Shown here one piece after another: positions 29,259 to 39,505 of a stretch of 64,000 nt of DNA. Location: the IMG/VR virus record IMGVR_UViG_3300043447_000408, positions 1 to 64,000 of that record; one strand, written 5' to 3'. Each line of letters begins with the position of its first letter. The stretch's first letter is position 1. Source of the DNA: a virus. Taxonomy: Duplodnaviria > Heunggongvirae > Uroviricota > Caudoviricetes. A model generated the notes under the pieces. The model had not been told where the DNA came from and ran no database searches. It saw nothing but the letters and a program-made list of their open reading frames with translations. Both the position numbers and the translations under genes were made by a program.

Positions 29259-29879
29259 ATGATATTAAGTTACGCAATTACAGTTTGTAATGAATTAGAC
29301 GAAATCAAAAGATTGTTACCTTTCCTGATTGAGAAAAAAGGAATCAATGATGAAGTGGTAATTCTTTTTGATGAGAAAAATGGTTCTCCTGAAGTACTTG
29401 AATATTTGTTAAATTTTAATAAATTACCGAATGTACAGACTTGGAGAGGATTAGATTTTGGAAATAACTTTGCAGATTGGAAGAACAAATTATCTGACTA
29501 TTGTAAAGGTGATTACATATTCCAATTGGATGCTGATGAGTTGATTGGTGAAATGTTTATGTTAAACATTAAACCGATACTCGAAACTAATCCTGAGGTT
29601 GATTTATATTATCTATCAAGAATAAACATAGTTGATGGGATAACTGATGAACACATAAGGAAGTGGGGTTGGAGTGTAAACCAAAAGGGTTGGATAAACT
29701 TTCCTGATAAACAGGGTAGAATATTCAGGAAGAATTTAAAATGGTTTGGTAATGTTCACGAAAGAATTATGGGTGCCGAAACAATTACCTCGTTACCTGA
29801 TAGTGAAGATTTTTGTATAATCCATCATAAAAAAATTGAAAGGCAAGAAAAACAAAATAACTTTTACATAACATTATAA
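29259..29879 (+). CDS. glycosyltransferase family 2-like
   Basis: N-terminal ILSYAITVCNE, DAD motif in FQLDADELI. Confidence 0.65.
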   Translation: MILSYAITVCNELDEIKRLLPFLIEKKGINDEVVILFDEKNGSPEVLEYLLNFNKLPNVQTWRGLDFGNNFADWKNKLSDYCKGDYIFQLDADELIGEMFMLNIKPILETNPEVDLYYLSRINIVDGITDEHIRKWGWSVNQKGWINFPDKQGRIFRKNLKWFGNVHERIMGAETITSLPDSEDFCIIHHKKIERQEKQNNFYITL

Positions 29880-29880
29880 A

Positions 29881-30879
29881 ATGAAGATATTAATAACAGG
29901 AGTTGCAGGATTATTAGGGTCAAGATTAGCAGACTATATTGCTGAGAATCATCCAGATGTACACATAGTCGGTATGGATGATTTGAGTGGTGGTTACAAA
30001 GAAAATGTAAATCCAAAGGTTGAGTTTTGGCAAATGAATTTGGTTGAACATCCAATTGAAAATTGTTTCGAGGTTCATAAGTTTGATTACGTTTATCACT
30101 TTGCAGCATACGCAGCAGAAGGGTTATCACCATTCATTCGAACTTACAACTATCAAAACAATTTAGTTGCAACATCGAGAATCATAACACAATGTATCAA
30201 ACACGATGTTAAACGTTTAGTGTTTACATCAACGTTAGCGGTGTATGGTCACCAAGACGGTAATATGTTTGATGAGGTTCAAGTACCTAAACCTATTGAC
30301 CCATATGGTGTTGCTAAGTATGGTTGTGAAATGGATATTCAAATTGCTGGTGAACAACACGGATTAGATTGGTGTATCATTCGTCCTCATAATGTATTTG
30401 GAGTTAAACAAAACATATGGGACAAGTATAGAAACGTATTGGGTATTTGGATGTATCAACATATGATTGGTGAACCGATGACAATCTTTGGTGATGGTAC
30501 ACAAACAAGAGCATTTAGTTATATTGATGATAGTCTTGGACCATTATGGAAAGCGTCTCAAGATATTAGAGCAAGTAAACAAATTATAAATCTTGGTGGT
30601 ATCAAAGAATATTCAATCAATGAAGCTAACGAAATATTAAGAGAAGTTGTTGGTGGTGGTTCTGTTCAATATTATGAACAAAGACACGAAGTTAAACATT
30701 CAATACCTACTTGGCAAAAATCGATAGACCTATTAGATTTTGAGTTTAAAACGGATTTAAAAGAGGGACTAACAAAGATGTGGGATTGGGCAAAACAACA
30801 ACCTGTAAGAGAAAGATTTGTTTGGCCGTTCTATGAGTTAGATAAAGGAATTTATTCATTTTGGAAAAATAAAAAATAA
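29881..30879 (+). CDS. NAD-dependent sugar epimerase/dehydratase (SDR)
   Basis: Rossmann MKILITGVAGLLGS, catalytic YGVAKYGCE (YxxxK). Confidence 0.8.
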   Translation: MKILITGVAGLLGSRLADYIAENHPDVHIVGMDDLSGGYKENVNPKVEFWQMNLVEHPIENCFEVHKFDYVYHFAAYAAEGLSPFIRTYNYQNNLVATSRIITQCIKHDVKRLVFTSTLAVYGHQDGNMFDEVQVPKPIDPYGVAKYGCEMDIQIAGEQHGLDWCIIRPHNVFGVKQNIWDKYRNVLGIWMYQHMIGEPMTIFGDGTQTRAFSYIDDSLGPLWKASQDIRASKQIINLGGIKEYSINEANEILREVVGGGSVQYYEQRHEVKHSIPTWQKSIDLLDFEFKTDLKEGLTKMWDWAKQQPVRERFVWPFYELDKGIYSFWKNKK

Positions 30880-30882
30880 TAT

Positions 30883-31506
30883 ATGATAAGTGTAATAATG
30901 CCGACGATGTTCGTGCCTGATGGTGTTGTTGAACTAGTTAAAGAAGTTACTTCACATCCTTTAGTTAGTGAATTGATTTTGATTGATAACACAAATGATG
31001 ATGAGATTCACATAAAAGAAGAGATACCAAAATTAGTTTACATTAAAGAAGGTAGAAACACATATGTGAATCCCGCTTGGAATAAAGGTTATTCAATTGC
31101 AAAAGAAGATAAGTTAATGTTTCTTAATGATGACATAACAACTGACTGGTCTTTACTTGATAAAATTCACGATAGCATAACTGAAGATAAGGGTATCATT
31201 GGATTAGGTGATGGGTGTTGGACAGAACCTAAGGGTAGATTTTTATTAACTCCAATTTATCAATTGATTGGTGGGTTTGCTTGTTTATTCTTCATACATA
31301 AAAATTCATATCGACCTATACCTGAAGAATTAAAAGTATGGTATGGTGATAATTTTTTAATTCATAAAGGACCTAAACAAGCATTTCAAATGTTAAACTG
31401 GAAAATGGGTGGACACATATCAAAAACGGTATTAAAAGCTGAGTTTAGTCCTGTTATTAGAGAAGACGGAATTGCTTGGTCGAATGTAATAAGTAAAATG
31501 AGATGA
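30883..31506 (+). CDS. glycosyltransferase-like (GT-A)
   Basis: N-terminal ISVIMPT; LNDDIT. Confidence 0.45.
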   Translation: MISVIMPTMFVPDGVVELVKEVTSHPLVSELILIDNTNDDEIHIKEEIPKLVYIKEGRNTYVNPAWNKGYSIAKEDKLMFLNDDITTDWSLLDKIHDSITEDKGIIGLGDGCWTEPKGRFLLTPIYQLIGGFACLFFIHKNSYRPIPEELKVWYGDNFLIHKGPKQAFQMLNWKMGGHISKTVLKAEFSPVIREDGIAWSNVISKMR

Positions 31507-32615
31507 GTATATCGTTAGTAATGGCGGTCTACAATAAATTAGACCTAACAAAAAAATGTTATGAGAGGGTTCGTCTGTTATATCCCGAAGCACCATTTGT
31601 AATTAGTAGTGGTGGTTCAAGTGATGGAACGAAAGAGTGGTTAGAGTCATTAAATGATGATAACTTATCATTCATACACGATGATGATAGAATAACATTC
31701 TCGGACACATATAACGCAGGAATCAAGTTGGTTGATACTGATAAATTAGTGTTGATTCACAACGATATGATTTTAGGTGAATACTTTCTTGAAAACTTAG
31801 AATTGTTATTAGATGAGAATCCGAATACTCTTATCTCTTACACCACAATAGAACCCCCAATATTCAAAGGTCACTTAAGACCAGGTAAAGTATTGTTGAA
31901 TTTAGGTTCAAGTTTTGATGACTTCGATTACTTCCATTTTAACAGTTATGTAAATCAATGGAAGGATAGTAAAAACTTATATGATGGTGCGGTATTCTTT
32001 ATGAGTGGAACTAAAAAGATGTTTGATGATGTGGGTGGATTCGATGGATTTAGTTTCGTTCCGTGTTTCTGTGAAGATGACGATTTCTTGGTTCGTGCGA
32101 AACTAAAAGGTTACGAACTAAAAACTTGTGATTCCGCAATTGTTTATCATTTTGTTTCGCAGACTTCAAGATTCAGTGATGATATGAGAGTTGATAGAAG
32201 AATTATCGAAGTATCATCCAATAGAAACTTTGTTAGAAAGTGGGGTATACCATTCTCAGCATTCAATGAACTAAGATATTGGGAAGAGAAGAACTTTAAG
32301 TATAAAACCTTCACAATGGGTTTAACCACCAACAATAGAAATCGTTTTATGGAGATTGAACCATTCTTCGATAAAATCGAAATAGGGACGATTCCTGAGG
32401 ACTATATTGAAAATGAACAGAAGAATACCCGTTATGATTTAAGGTCGAAATTTACGTTCACAGATAACGTAGATGTGATGATTTATGAAACTGCACCATT
32501 TGATGATATGGATATTAGAACCTTACATAAATTGAGGTTATCGATACCCTACTATGAGGTGGGTGAATATCAAATTGGTAATATGATGATAGAAATAAGA
32601 AAGGAGGTTATTTAA
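31503..32615 (+). CDS. glycosyltransferase family 2
   Basis: SISLVMAVYNKLDLTKKCYERV, CEDDDF. Confidence 0.7.
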   Translation: MSISLVMAVYNKLDLTKKCYERVRLLYPEAPFVISSGGSSDGTKEWLESLNDDNLSFIHDDDRITFSDTYNAGIKLVDTDKLVLIHNDMILGEYFLENLELLLDENPNTLISYTTIEPPIFKGHLRPGKVLLNLGSSFDDFDYFHFNSYVNQWKDSKNLYDGAVFFMSGTKKMFDDVGGFDGFSFVPCFCEDDDFLVRAKLKGYELKTCDSAIVYHFVSQTSRFSDDMRVDRRIIEVSSNRNFVRKWGIPFSAFNELRYWEEKNFKYKTFTMGLTTNNRNRFMEIEPFFDKIEIGTIPEDYIENEQKNTRYDLRSKFTFTDNVDVMIYETAPFDDMDIRTLHKLRLSIPYYEVGEYQIGNMMIEIRKEVI

Positions 32616-32630
32616 CCTCCTTATTTTTTA
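32591..32630. terminator. bidirectional hairpin terminator between convergent genes
   Basis: stem aggaggtt/aacctcct, loop attt, flanked by A-run upstream and T-run downstream; spans both stop codons. Confidence 0.5.
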
Positions 32631-33075
32631 TTAGTCTGAATAAAACTATATAATTGTCTTTTGTTTTTCCTGCATTTACTAAATCCTCTTTTGTAATTTC
32701 GGGGTATTCTACCTCAATCTCTTTATCTAATAATTGGGTGTATTCCTTTTCAAATTCTAAGTAATCGGGATTTAATTTTTTTGAGATAATGACACCATTT
32801 TCGTCTTTTTCGAAAATATGCATATTAACAACAATTCTACTATTATTGTCCATCTTACCATATTTGGTTACTAATTCATCTCTCAATCCATCTACTTTTT
32901 TTCTTTCAGTTTCTAAAAATTTAGTAGTTTCAGTCAAATCGTATTTTAAGATGATTGATAATTTTTGATTTATAAATCCTTCATAATATTTTTCACCAGT
33001 CTCAGGATTAGTAAATCCGTTAATTTCACTTTCTAATTGAAGTACGTCTTTTAATTTTAATGATATCTTTTCCAT
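32608..33075 (-). CDS. hypothetical protein
   Basis: 155-aa ORF. Confidence 0.5.
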   Translation of the reverse strand: MEKISLKLKDVLQLESEINGFTNPETGEKYYEGFINQKLSIILKYDLTETTKFLETERKKVDGLRDELVTKYGKMDNNSRIVVNMHIFEKDENGVIISKKLNPDYLEFEKEYTQLLDKEIEVEYPEITKEDLVNAGKTKDNYIVLFRLIKNKEVK

Positions 33076-33112
33076 AAATTAATTATACTAAAAATTTTTA
33101 TAAATGTCAATG

Positions 33113-33484
33113 TTATTCTTCGTCCTTAGGAAACTGAGTTTTAACATCACTGATAGATTGAAACCATTGTCCTGAAGATGATATCGAACCATTTTCATTT
33201 ATTTCGTGCCATAACATATCCAATTGTTCTCCTAAATCAGGATAACTCATCTTTCTTAATGCACCGTATGGTGGGACATATGAAGGGTCAGGGTACGGCA
33301 TATATTCAATATTATCTTCAACCCAGTCTTCTTCAGGTTCTGCATCAAATAATATAGTATGGATATCACCATTTGGTGCTCTATATCTTTTATATTGGTC
33401 AATGACCTCTGTCCAAGTTTCTTGTGGTGTTTCACCATCAAGTAATAAATGAAACACTCCTAAATTATCAATAAATCTTCTCAT
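33113..33484 (-). CDS. hypothetical acidic protein
   Basis: 123-aa ORF downstream of fiber-associated paralogs. Confidence 0.5.
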   Translation of the reverse strand: MRRFIDNLGVFHLLLDGETPQETWTEVIDQYKRYRAPNGDIHTILFDAEPEEDWVEDNIEYMPYPDPSYVPPYGALRKMSYPDLGEQLDMLWHEINENGSISSSGQWFQSISDVKTQFPKDEE

Positions 33485-33496
33485 ATATTTTTAATT

Positions 33497-33985
33497 TTAT
33501 TGTACCGGTCCTCCATAATAGTTACCACTATCACTTGTTTGAACGGCTGCGATTATACTTACATTTGATTGGGTTACATCACTTCTTGTTGCGTATGCAT
33601 TCAATGTAAATCCGTTATAATAATTACTACCATTTGCATATGCTCTCAATACAATATATCCATCAGACGCAATATAAACTCCGTGTGCAGACATACCAGG
33701 GTATTGATTTCTCAAACCTATATTGTAAAGGAAACCATTAGTATACGGCATACCTGCGGTACTAATATGAAAACCCCAAGAACATCTAATAGGTGCAGCA
33801 ACTCCGTAATTATAACCAACCGCTTCGAACATCCACATATTATATGTTGTTGCACCAATTAAATTAGTCTTCATATGGATATACAATGGACTACCCGCAG
33901 TGGTGTTAAAAGTGTAGATGTACTTTTGTTGAAAGTACCAACTACTTACTGAACCTATTCTAAATGGTGGTGTTAATATTGCCAT
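33497..33985 (-). CDS. tail-fiber-associated Tyr/Gly-rich protein, paralog 3
   Basis: shares EAVGYNYG, PIRC.W.F, SAHGVY..SDGY.V.RA, FTLNAY, AVQTS..GNYY with two upstream genes. Confidence 0.6.
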   Translation of the reverse strand: MAILTPPFRIGSVSSWYFQQKYIYTFNTTAGSPLYIHMKTNLIGATTYNMWMFEAVGYNYGVAAPIRCSWGFHISTAGMPYTNGFLYNIGLRNQYPGMSAHGVYIASDGYIVLRAYANGSNYYNGFTLNAYATRSDVTQSNVSIIAAVQTSDSGNYYGGPVQ

Positions 33986-33988
33986 AGT

Positions 33989-34426
33989 TTAATAATATGT
34001 TGCCGCTGATGTTTGAACCGCAGATACTACGGACGTTATGGTTCCATAACCATTTCCTGCGGTATTATACGCATTTAACGTAAACCCACAATAATATAAA
34101 CTACTTGCATATGCTACAATCACAATTTTGTTGTCCGCAGCAACATAGTGACTATGTGCTGTTAATCCGTCATATGCTGAGTTTTGAACATTACCAAAAA
34201 AGTAACTATAACAATAAAAATTCCAAGCACATCTAATGGGTGCTGAAGTTCCGTAATTATAACCAACAGCCTCAATCATTATCATTGCATATGACTGATG
34301 GGTAATGTTCAATTTCATATGATAATATTGACCACCTCCCGATGACAAATTGGCAACATTATATATTCCAAGTTGTTCTAAGTAACCATTTTCAGGATAT
34401 ATTCCAGTTCCTTGTAAATTAGCCAT
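33989..34426 (-). CDS. tail-fiber-associated Tyr/Gly-rich protein, paralog 2
   Basis: same conserved blocks as 33497-33985 and 34426-34854. Confidence 0.6.
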   Translation of the reverse strand: MANLQGTGIYPENGYLEQLGIYNVANLSSGGGQYYHMKLNITHQSYAMIMIEAVGYNYGTSAPIRCAWNFYCYSYFFGNVQNSAYDGLTAHSHYVAADNKIVIVAYASSLYYCGFTLNAYNTAGNGYGTITSVVSAVQTSAATYY

Positions 34427-34854
34427 TAGTAGTAGTTTCCTGCATTATCTGTTTGAACGCTAGCTGTTACACTAACTACAAAATTATATCCTGTTGGATT
34501 TAAACAATACGCATTAAGAATCCATCCACTATAGTACGATGCACAGTTTGCTCTTATAACTACATATCCATCTGATGATGTGTAAACTCCGTGTGCACTT
34601 AGACCACCGTAAACATTTGATGTCCCGATTTGTATTGTTGAATTAGAACCAGCGTAAGCGTAAAAACTCCAAGCGGCTCTAATTGCTTGATTTGCACCAT
34701 ACGCATAACCAACAGCTTCAATAGTGCACATAATATTGTTCATATTGATGTTTGTTTTATAGTGAAAATAATTGTTTCCACCATAATACCTATCTCTAAA
34801 AAATCCCAACTGAACGCCAGGTGCTGGTCTCGTATTTGCTAAAAAATTAGCCAT
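34426..34854 (-). CDS. tail-fiber-associated Tyr/Gly-rich protein, paralog 1
   Basis: same conserved blocks; ATGA-type overlaps with neighbours. Confidence 0.6.
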   Translation of the reverse strand: MANFLANTRPAPGVQLGFFRDRYYGGNNYFHYKTNINMNNIMCTIEAVGYAYGANQAIRAAWSFYAYAGSNSTIQIGTSNVYGGLSAHGVYTSSDGYVVIRANCASYYSGWILNAYCLNPTGYNFVVSVTASVQTDNAGNYY

Positions 34855-37800
34855 TATTCTTTAATTCGTTTATTTCTTTTTTCAAATCTTTTATCGCCTC
34901 GATTAACACCGCTGTAATTCTACCATAAGATACGGAATCTACTTTACCTTCTGAATCGTAAAGTACCACATCAGGTAAAATTTCGGCAATTTCTTCTGCA
35001 ATAACACCCATTTCTTTAACGTTATTCTCTTTTTTAACGTAAGTAACACCTCTTAATTGTAAAACTTTATCCAAACCATAACTAATGGTTTCGATATCTT
35101 TCTTATATCTGATTGACGAGTTTTCCGTAATTGTTCCTGAAGTTGTTAAATTACCGTTTGAACCTAAAGTAATCACCGCGGAGCCGCCTCTATTTGCCGA
35201 AAAAATACGAACACCAGCACTAAATCTCATAGAACAATATGCGTCGTTTAAATCAACAATATCACCATCATCAGCCAAAATAATACCTCCACCGGTTGCA
35301 TTATTTGTTGAGATGGTTATACTACCTTCAACGGATAAACCATTCGATGTTGTTGATGTCGACACTAGACCTGAACCAATAGTCATTCCTCCGTGAACGT
35401 GTAATTTTTTACCACTCACATTTGAGCCTCCTCCACCAATCGCAAACGTTTGTGCTCCTCCGTGGTACCAAATATAGTCAGGTGAACTATTGGTATCGTC
35501 AAATTCCATACCCGCCCACGTATCGGTACTTCTTAACGAGATTTGCCAATCACTCGCACCTGACGTGAAAATTCCAGTACCATTAACAGTTAATGTTCCA
35601 TTTGAGGTTAGTCCTGCAAATGTTGGGGCGTTACTTGTTCCAACGCTTTGATTAATTGTATACGATGTAATGTTAGATGCAGTTCCTGTCGTGTTTTGAT
35701 TCCACGTAGGTATATTTCCTGCGTGATATATCGTATTTCCTCTCCAATAAGGTGCAGTTGCGTTTACTTGAAAATAAATTTCATTTATAGTACCGTTTGT
35801 TCTATAGAATCTAAAGTCTCCACTATGTTGAACTAAGGATGTTACGTCTCCTGCTGTGATGTCTCCCGCGGCGTTATTAGGGTTACCTCGGAGAATCATT
35901 CCGTGATAATTGTCAGTAAATGCTATTCTACCATAACCACTATTGTTAAATCTAAGGTCACCAGTTAATGTTCCACCCGCTAATGGTAATGCATCAGTAA
36001 TCCCATACCCAGTTAGAGTTGTTGGTTTTGATGAGACGTTTGCAAATGAAATACCTGTTATGTAACCGTTTGGATTAGTTGCGTTATATGGTGTATATCC
36101 TAATGCCGTAGTTACTGCACTTGAATTAATTCCTGTTATATAACCATTTGGATTAGTTGCGTTATATGGTGTATAACCTAAAGCAGTTGTAACAGCACTT
36201 GAGTTAATTCCTGTTATATAACCAGGTCCGTTTGTTAATTGATTAAGGTTAGTCAAGTTACCTGAATCCCAAATTGTATATCTTGTTGCTTTATTACCAC
36301 GATATATGACACCTGCAGGATTTAAATATATGTTGGCGGTAGATTCTATGGCTAAGTTATCTTCCACATTACCTACACCATCATTAGATGTACCTATTCT
36401 AAGTACTGACCTTTCAGTACCGCCAGCATCACTATAAGTTGTACTGTTATTATCAAATGTTATATAACCATAATCGTCACCGCCTGTATTAGAACCACCA
36501 AAAGATTCTTCCCTACCAAAATATAATGCATTACCTGCATCTACACCTAAATCAGAACTCATTCTTAACTTACCCGAAAGAGTAATTTGTGTGGACGAAC
36601 TTGCCCCACGTGCGGTTACCGACGCCAGTGTATCAGTTTCAGTGTATGAACTAATATATCCATTTGGATTGGTTGCGTTATATGGTGTGTATCCTAAACC
36701 ATTGGTAACTTGTGTACTTGTTAATGTAATTTGTGAACTACCAGACACTAGACCACTTGGTATACTACTAATACTTAAGAAAGTAATTTGTGAACTACCA
36801 GACACTAATGCCGGTTTATCGGTTATACCATTAAATGAAATTTGAGCGGAACCTGACACAACAGAAATTCCGTTAAAGAAACTACCCGAATGTATTGTTG
36901 TTCCTGCTAATACCTGTGAACTTCCTGATACTAAACCACTCGGTATACTACTAATACTTAAGAAAGTAATTTGTGACGAACCTGATACCACACCTGATGG
37001 TAATTGTGCGGAACCCGACCAAACTCCACTTCCGTTTAATACTTGTGAAGAACCTGAAACCAACGTAGGTTTATCAGTGATTCCGTTAAAAGATATTTGA
37101 CCAGAACCTGACACGACAGATATTCCATTAAAGAATGCACCTGAATGTATTGTTGTCCCTGCAAGTACTTGAGAAGAACCTGATACAGTTCCTGATGGTA
37201 AATTTGCTATAACCTGAGCGGAACCACTAACAACTCCTGACGGTAATTGAGCAGAACCCGACCAAACACCTGTGGATGTTAATATTGTTGCCGCAGTTAT
37301 TGAGCCACCTAATGATGTACTTGTACCTGCAATTGATATTGAACTATTTGTAAGTGAAGAGTTACCAATATTTGATAATGTGTTAGAACCTCCACTAATT
37401 GTTTTGTTTGTTAATGCTTGTGATGCTGTCTTTAACACAACTTCATCCTCAGAACCTAATGGACCGGCAACCCACTTATCGTTTGTTGAGTCCCAAAGGA
37501 ATGAACCCGAAGTAAGTGTTGGTGATGTCGCATCTCTAACAACAATACCTGCATTAGTTGCCCCTGTACCATTTAATTGAATAATGTTATCACCAATATT
37601 AACAGTTGTCGAATCAACTTGAGTTGTGGAACCTTGTACGGTTAAATTACCTTTAACGGTAACGTTTGCACCACTTAAACCAAATGCAGTATTAAATGAT
37701 GTGGTAAATGAATTCAACGCAGTAATTGCGGTTGTGTTACTACTTGTGTAAGAATTTAAACTACTTGATGCAGTTTCTAACGCGGTTAATCTACCCGAAG

Positions 37801-38677
37801 CACTACTTGTAAAACTATTCAAACTACTTGTTGCAGTATGAATAGCATTTATGTTTGTAGTGTTTGAACTTGTATATGAATTTAAACTACTTGTTGCAGT
37901 ATGAATCGAATTAATATTGGTAGTGTTACTACTCGTGTAAGAATTCAATGCATTGATTGCGGTGTTGTTCGAACCTGTATATGTGTTTAACGCCGCAATT
38001 GAACCGGTTACCCCCTCAATAGAAGTTAATCTACCATCAGCACTTGAAGAGAATGAATTCAAACTTGCGGTTGCGGTGTGAATTGCATTTATATTTGTAG
38101 TGTTTGAACTTGTATAGGTGTTCAAACTTCCTGTTGATGTTTGTAACGTACCAATAATAGTATTGTTACTTCCTGTATATGTATTCAAACTCGCAGTTGA
38201 GGTATGAATAGCATTAATATTGGTTGTATTAGATGATGTATAGGTGTTTATCGAACCTGTAGATGTCTCCAATGCGACTAACCTATCCGAAGCACTTGAT
38301 GTGAATGTGTTTAAACTTGCTGTTGAGGTTTGTAATGTACCGATAACAGTATTATTACTTCCTGTATATGTGTTTAACGAGGATATTGAACCAGTAACTC
38401 CTTCAATTGAATTTAATCTACCGTGAGCACTTGATGTGAATGTGTTTAAACTTGCTGTTGAGGTTTCTATTGCAGTTAGTCTACCGTTGGTAGTTCCTGA
38501 GTAAGCGTAAAAACTTGAGGTTAGGGTATATCTCGGAGCAAAAGATGCGGTATCTGCACTTGTGGTGTTACCACTAATGGTCGCATTAATTATTCCAAGT
38601 ACCGTTAAGTTTCCCTGAATCTCCGCTGAAGAGGATACCGACAGGGAACCCGATATGTGTGCGTCAAATATATTCAT
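34847..38677 (-). CDS. tail fiber protein with C-terminal intramolecular chaperone (peptidase S74-like) domain
   Basis: 1276 aa; about 20-aa Ser/Thr/Asn repeats; GYTPYNATNPNGYI x3; C-terminal SSIRYKKDIETISYGLDKVLQLRGVTYVKK...coiled coil typical of S74 autoproteolytic chaperone domains. Confidence 0.85.
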   Translation of the reverse strand: MNIFDAHISGSLSVSSSAEIQGNLTVLGIINATISGNTTSADTASFAPRYTLTSSFYAYSGTTNGRLTAIETSTASLNTFTSSAHGRLNSIEGVTGSISSLNTYTGSNNTVIGTLQTSTASLNTFTSSASDRLVALETSTGSINTYTSSNTTNINAIHTSTASLNTYTGSNNTIIGTLQTSTGSLNTYTSSNTTNINAIHTATASLNSFSSSADGRLTSIEGVTGSIAALNTYTGSNNTAINALNSYTSSNTTNINSIHTATSSLNSYTSSNTTNINAIHTATSSLNSFTSSASGRLTALETASSSLNSYTSSNTTAITALNSFTTSFNTAFGLSGANVTVKGNLTVQGSTTQVDSTTVNIGDNIIQLNGTGATNAGIVVRDATSPTLTSGSFLWDSTNDKWVAGPLGSEDEVVLKTASQALTNKTISGGSNTLSNIGNSSLTNSSISIAGTSTSLGGSITAATILTSTGVWSGSAQLPSGVVSGSAQVIANLPSGTVSGSSQVLAGTTIHSGAFFNGISVVSGSGQISFNGITDKPTLVSGSSQVLNGSGVWSGSAQLPSGVVSGSSQITFLSISSIPSGLVSGSSQVLAGTTIHSGSFFNGISVVSGSAQISFNGITDKPALVSGSSQITFLSISSIPSGLVSGSSQITLTSTQVTNGLGYTPYNATNPNGYISSYTETDTLASVTARGASSSTQITLSGKLRMSSDLGVDAGNALYFGREESFGGSNTGGDDYGYITFDNNSTTYSDAGGTERSVLRIGTSNDGVGNVEDNLAIESTANIYLNPAGVIYRGNKATRYTIWDSGNLTNLNQLTNGPGYITGINSSAVTTALGYTPYNATNPNGYITGINSSAVTTALGYTPYNATNPNGYITGISFANVSSKPTTLTGYGITDALPLAGGTLTGDLRFNNSGYGRIAFTDNYHGMILRGNPNNAAGDITAGDVTSLVQHSGDFRFYRTNGTINEIYFQVNATAPYWRGNTIYHAGNIPTWNQNTTGTASNITSYTINQSVGTSNAPTFAGLTSNGTLTVNGTGIFTSGASDWQISLRSTDTWAGMEFDDTNSSPDYIWYHGGAQTFAIGGGGSNVSGKKLHVHGGMTIGSGLVSTSTTSNGLSVEGSITISTNNATGGGIILADDGDIVDLNDAYCSMRFSAGVRIFSANRGGSAVITLGSNGNLTTSGTITENSSIRYKKDIETISYGLDKVLQLRGVTYVKKENNVKEMGVIAEEIAEILPDVVLYDSEGKVDSVSYGRITAVLIEAIKDLKKEINELKNNG
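37690..38500 (-). repeat. intragenic tandem repeats encoding SLNTYTGSNNT-type units
   Basis: near-identical nucleotide blocks recur, e.g. cacttgatgtgaatgtgtttaaacttgctgttgaggttt twice near 38290 and 38420. Confidence 0.6.
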
Positions 38678-38731
38678 CTAATATGTTATTATACTTAGAT
38701 AAATACTTTGTTTGTCGGTTATGACTTCCGT

Positions 38732-39505
38732 TTATTTAGGTAAATAATCGGGAAAATTGGATTTTACAAACTGAAGTAGTTTTTTGGAGTATTCTTCGTT
38801 GTGTTTTGGTGTTGCGTGTTTACCATCAATTGAGAATTCACGGAAATCTCCGTAGTCACCATCGAACCGATATTTGTCAGAATATTCGTTATCCATCAGG
38901 AAAGAACCGTTCCATATATATGGGATGCTCCTATTCTCCAAATAATTGGTGATTAGAAGATGGTTTTTGTACCAATTGATTAAATCGTTCTCGTCGTGGG
39001 TAATCCTTGCAATTGATTTGTACTCCTCTTTCCCCTCACTATCTTCCTTAAAATAACCCCAAGGAGTCATATGAAATGGTTCCAACTCTCCGTTGTATCG
39101 ATAGTATTCTTTACGGGATGGGTAGGTGTACATTAAGTTAACCAAATTAGGTCTTATCTTTTGGGTTAAGGTGATTACACATCTAGCAATGTAATCATTA
39201 CTACGTCCACCAAACCCCAAATTTAAATCTACCCCGTTCTGTATCTGTCTTGAGAAATAGTGAGGCCAAGTTTGGTTATCACTAACCCCTACACCTTCGG
39301 TGTGGGAACAACCAACTGACATTATTCTAAACCCATCCTTATATAATGAATCTCCCCTGAACCCCATTTCATTGTATGTGTAGGTATTCGTTTCGGAAAT
39401 GTCGGAACCTGATGTGTTAAATGTTTTATTCCTACGTTCATCTAATCTCCAAGAATGGTTACCCACCTCAAACCCCGAACTTGTCCAAAACTTCATTGAT
39501 TTCAT
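38732..39505 (-). CDS. SGNH hydrolase-like protein (GCS variant)
   Basis: block I SVGCSHTEGVGV, block V DGKHATPKHNEE. Confidence 0.55.
   Translation of the reverse strand: MKSMKFWTSSGFEVGNHSWRLDERRNKTFNTSGSDISETNTYTYNEMGFRGDSLYKDGFRIMSVGCSHTEGVGVSDNQTWPHYFSRQIQNGVDLNLGFGGRSNDYIARCVITLTQKIRPNLVNLMYTYPSRKEYYRYNGELEPFHMTPWGYFKEDSEGKEEYKSIARITHDENDLINWYKNHLLITNYLENRSIPYIWNGSFLMDNEYSDKYRFDGDYGDFREFSIDGKHATPKHNEEYSKKLLQFVKSNFPDYLPK

Noticed and set aside
35085-38426. Plus-strand ORFs (35085-35396, 35648-35836, 36591-36845, 37272-37580, 38244-38426) inside the tail fiber gene
   Set aside because: They lie antisense within a 3.8-kb minus-strand gene with strong repeat structure and have low-complexity translations, so they are frame shadows.
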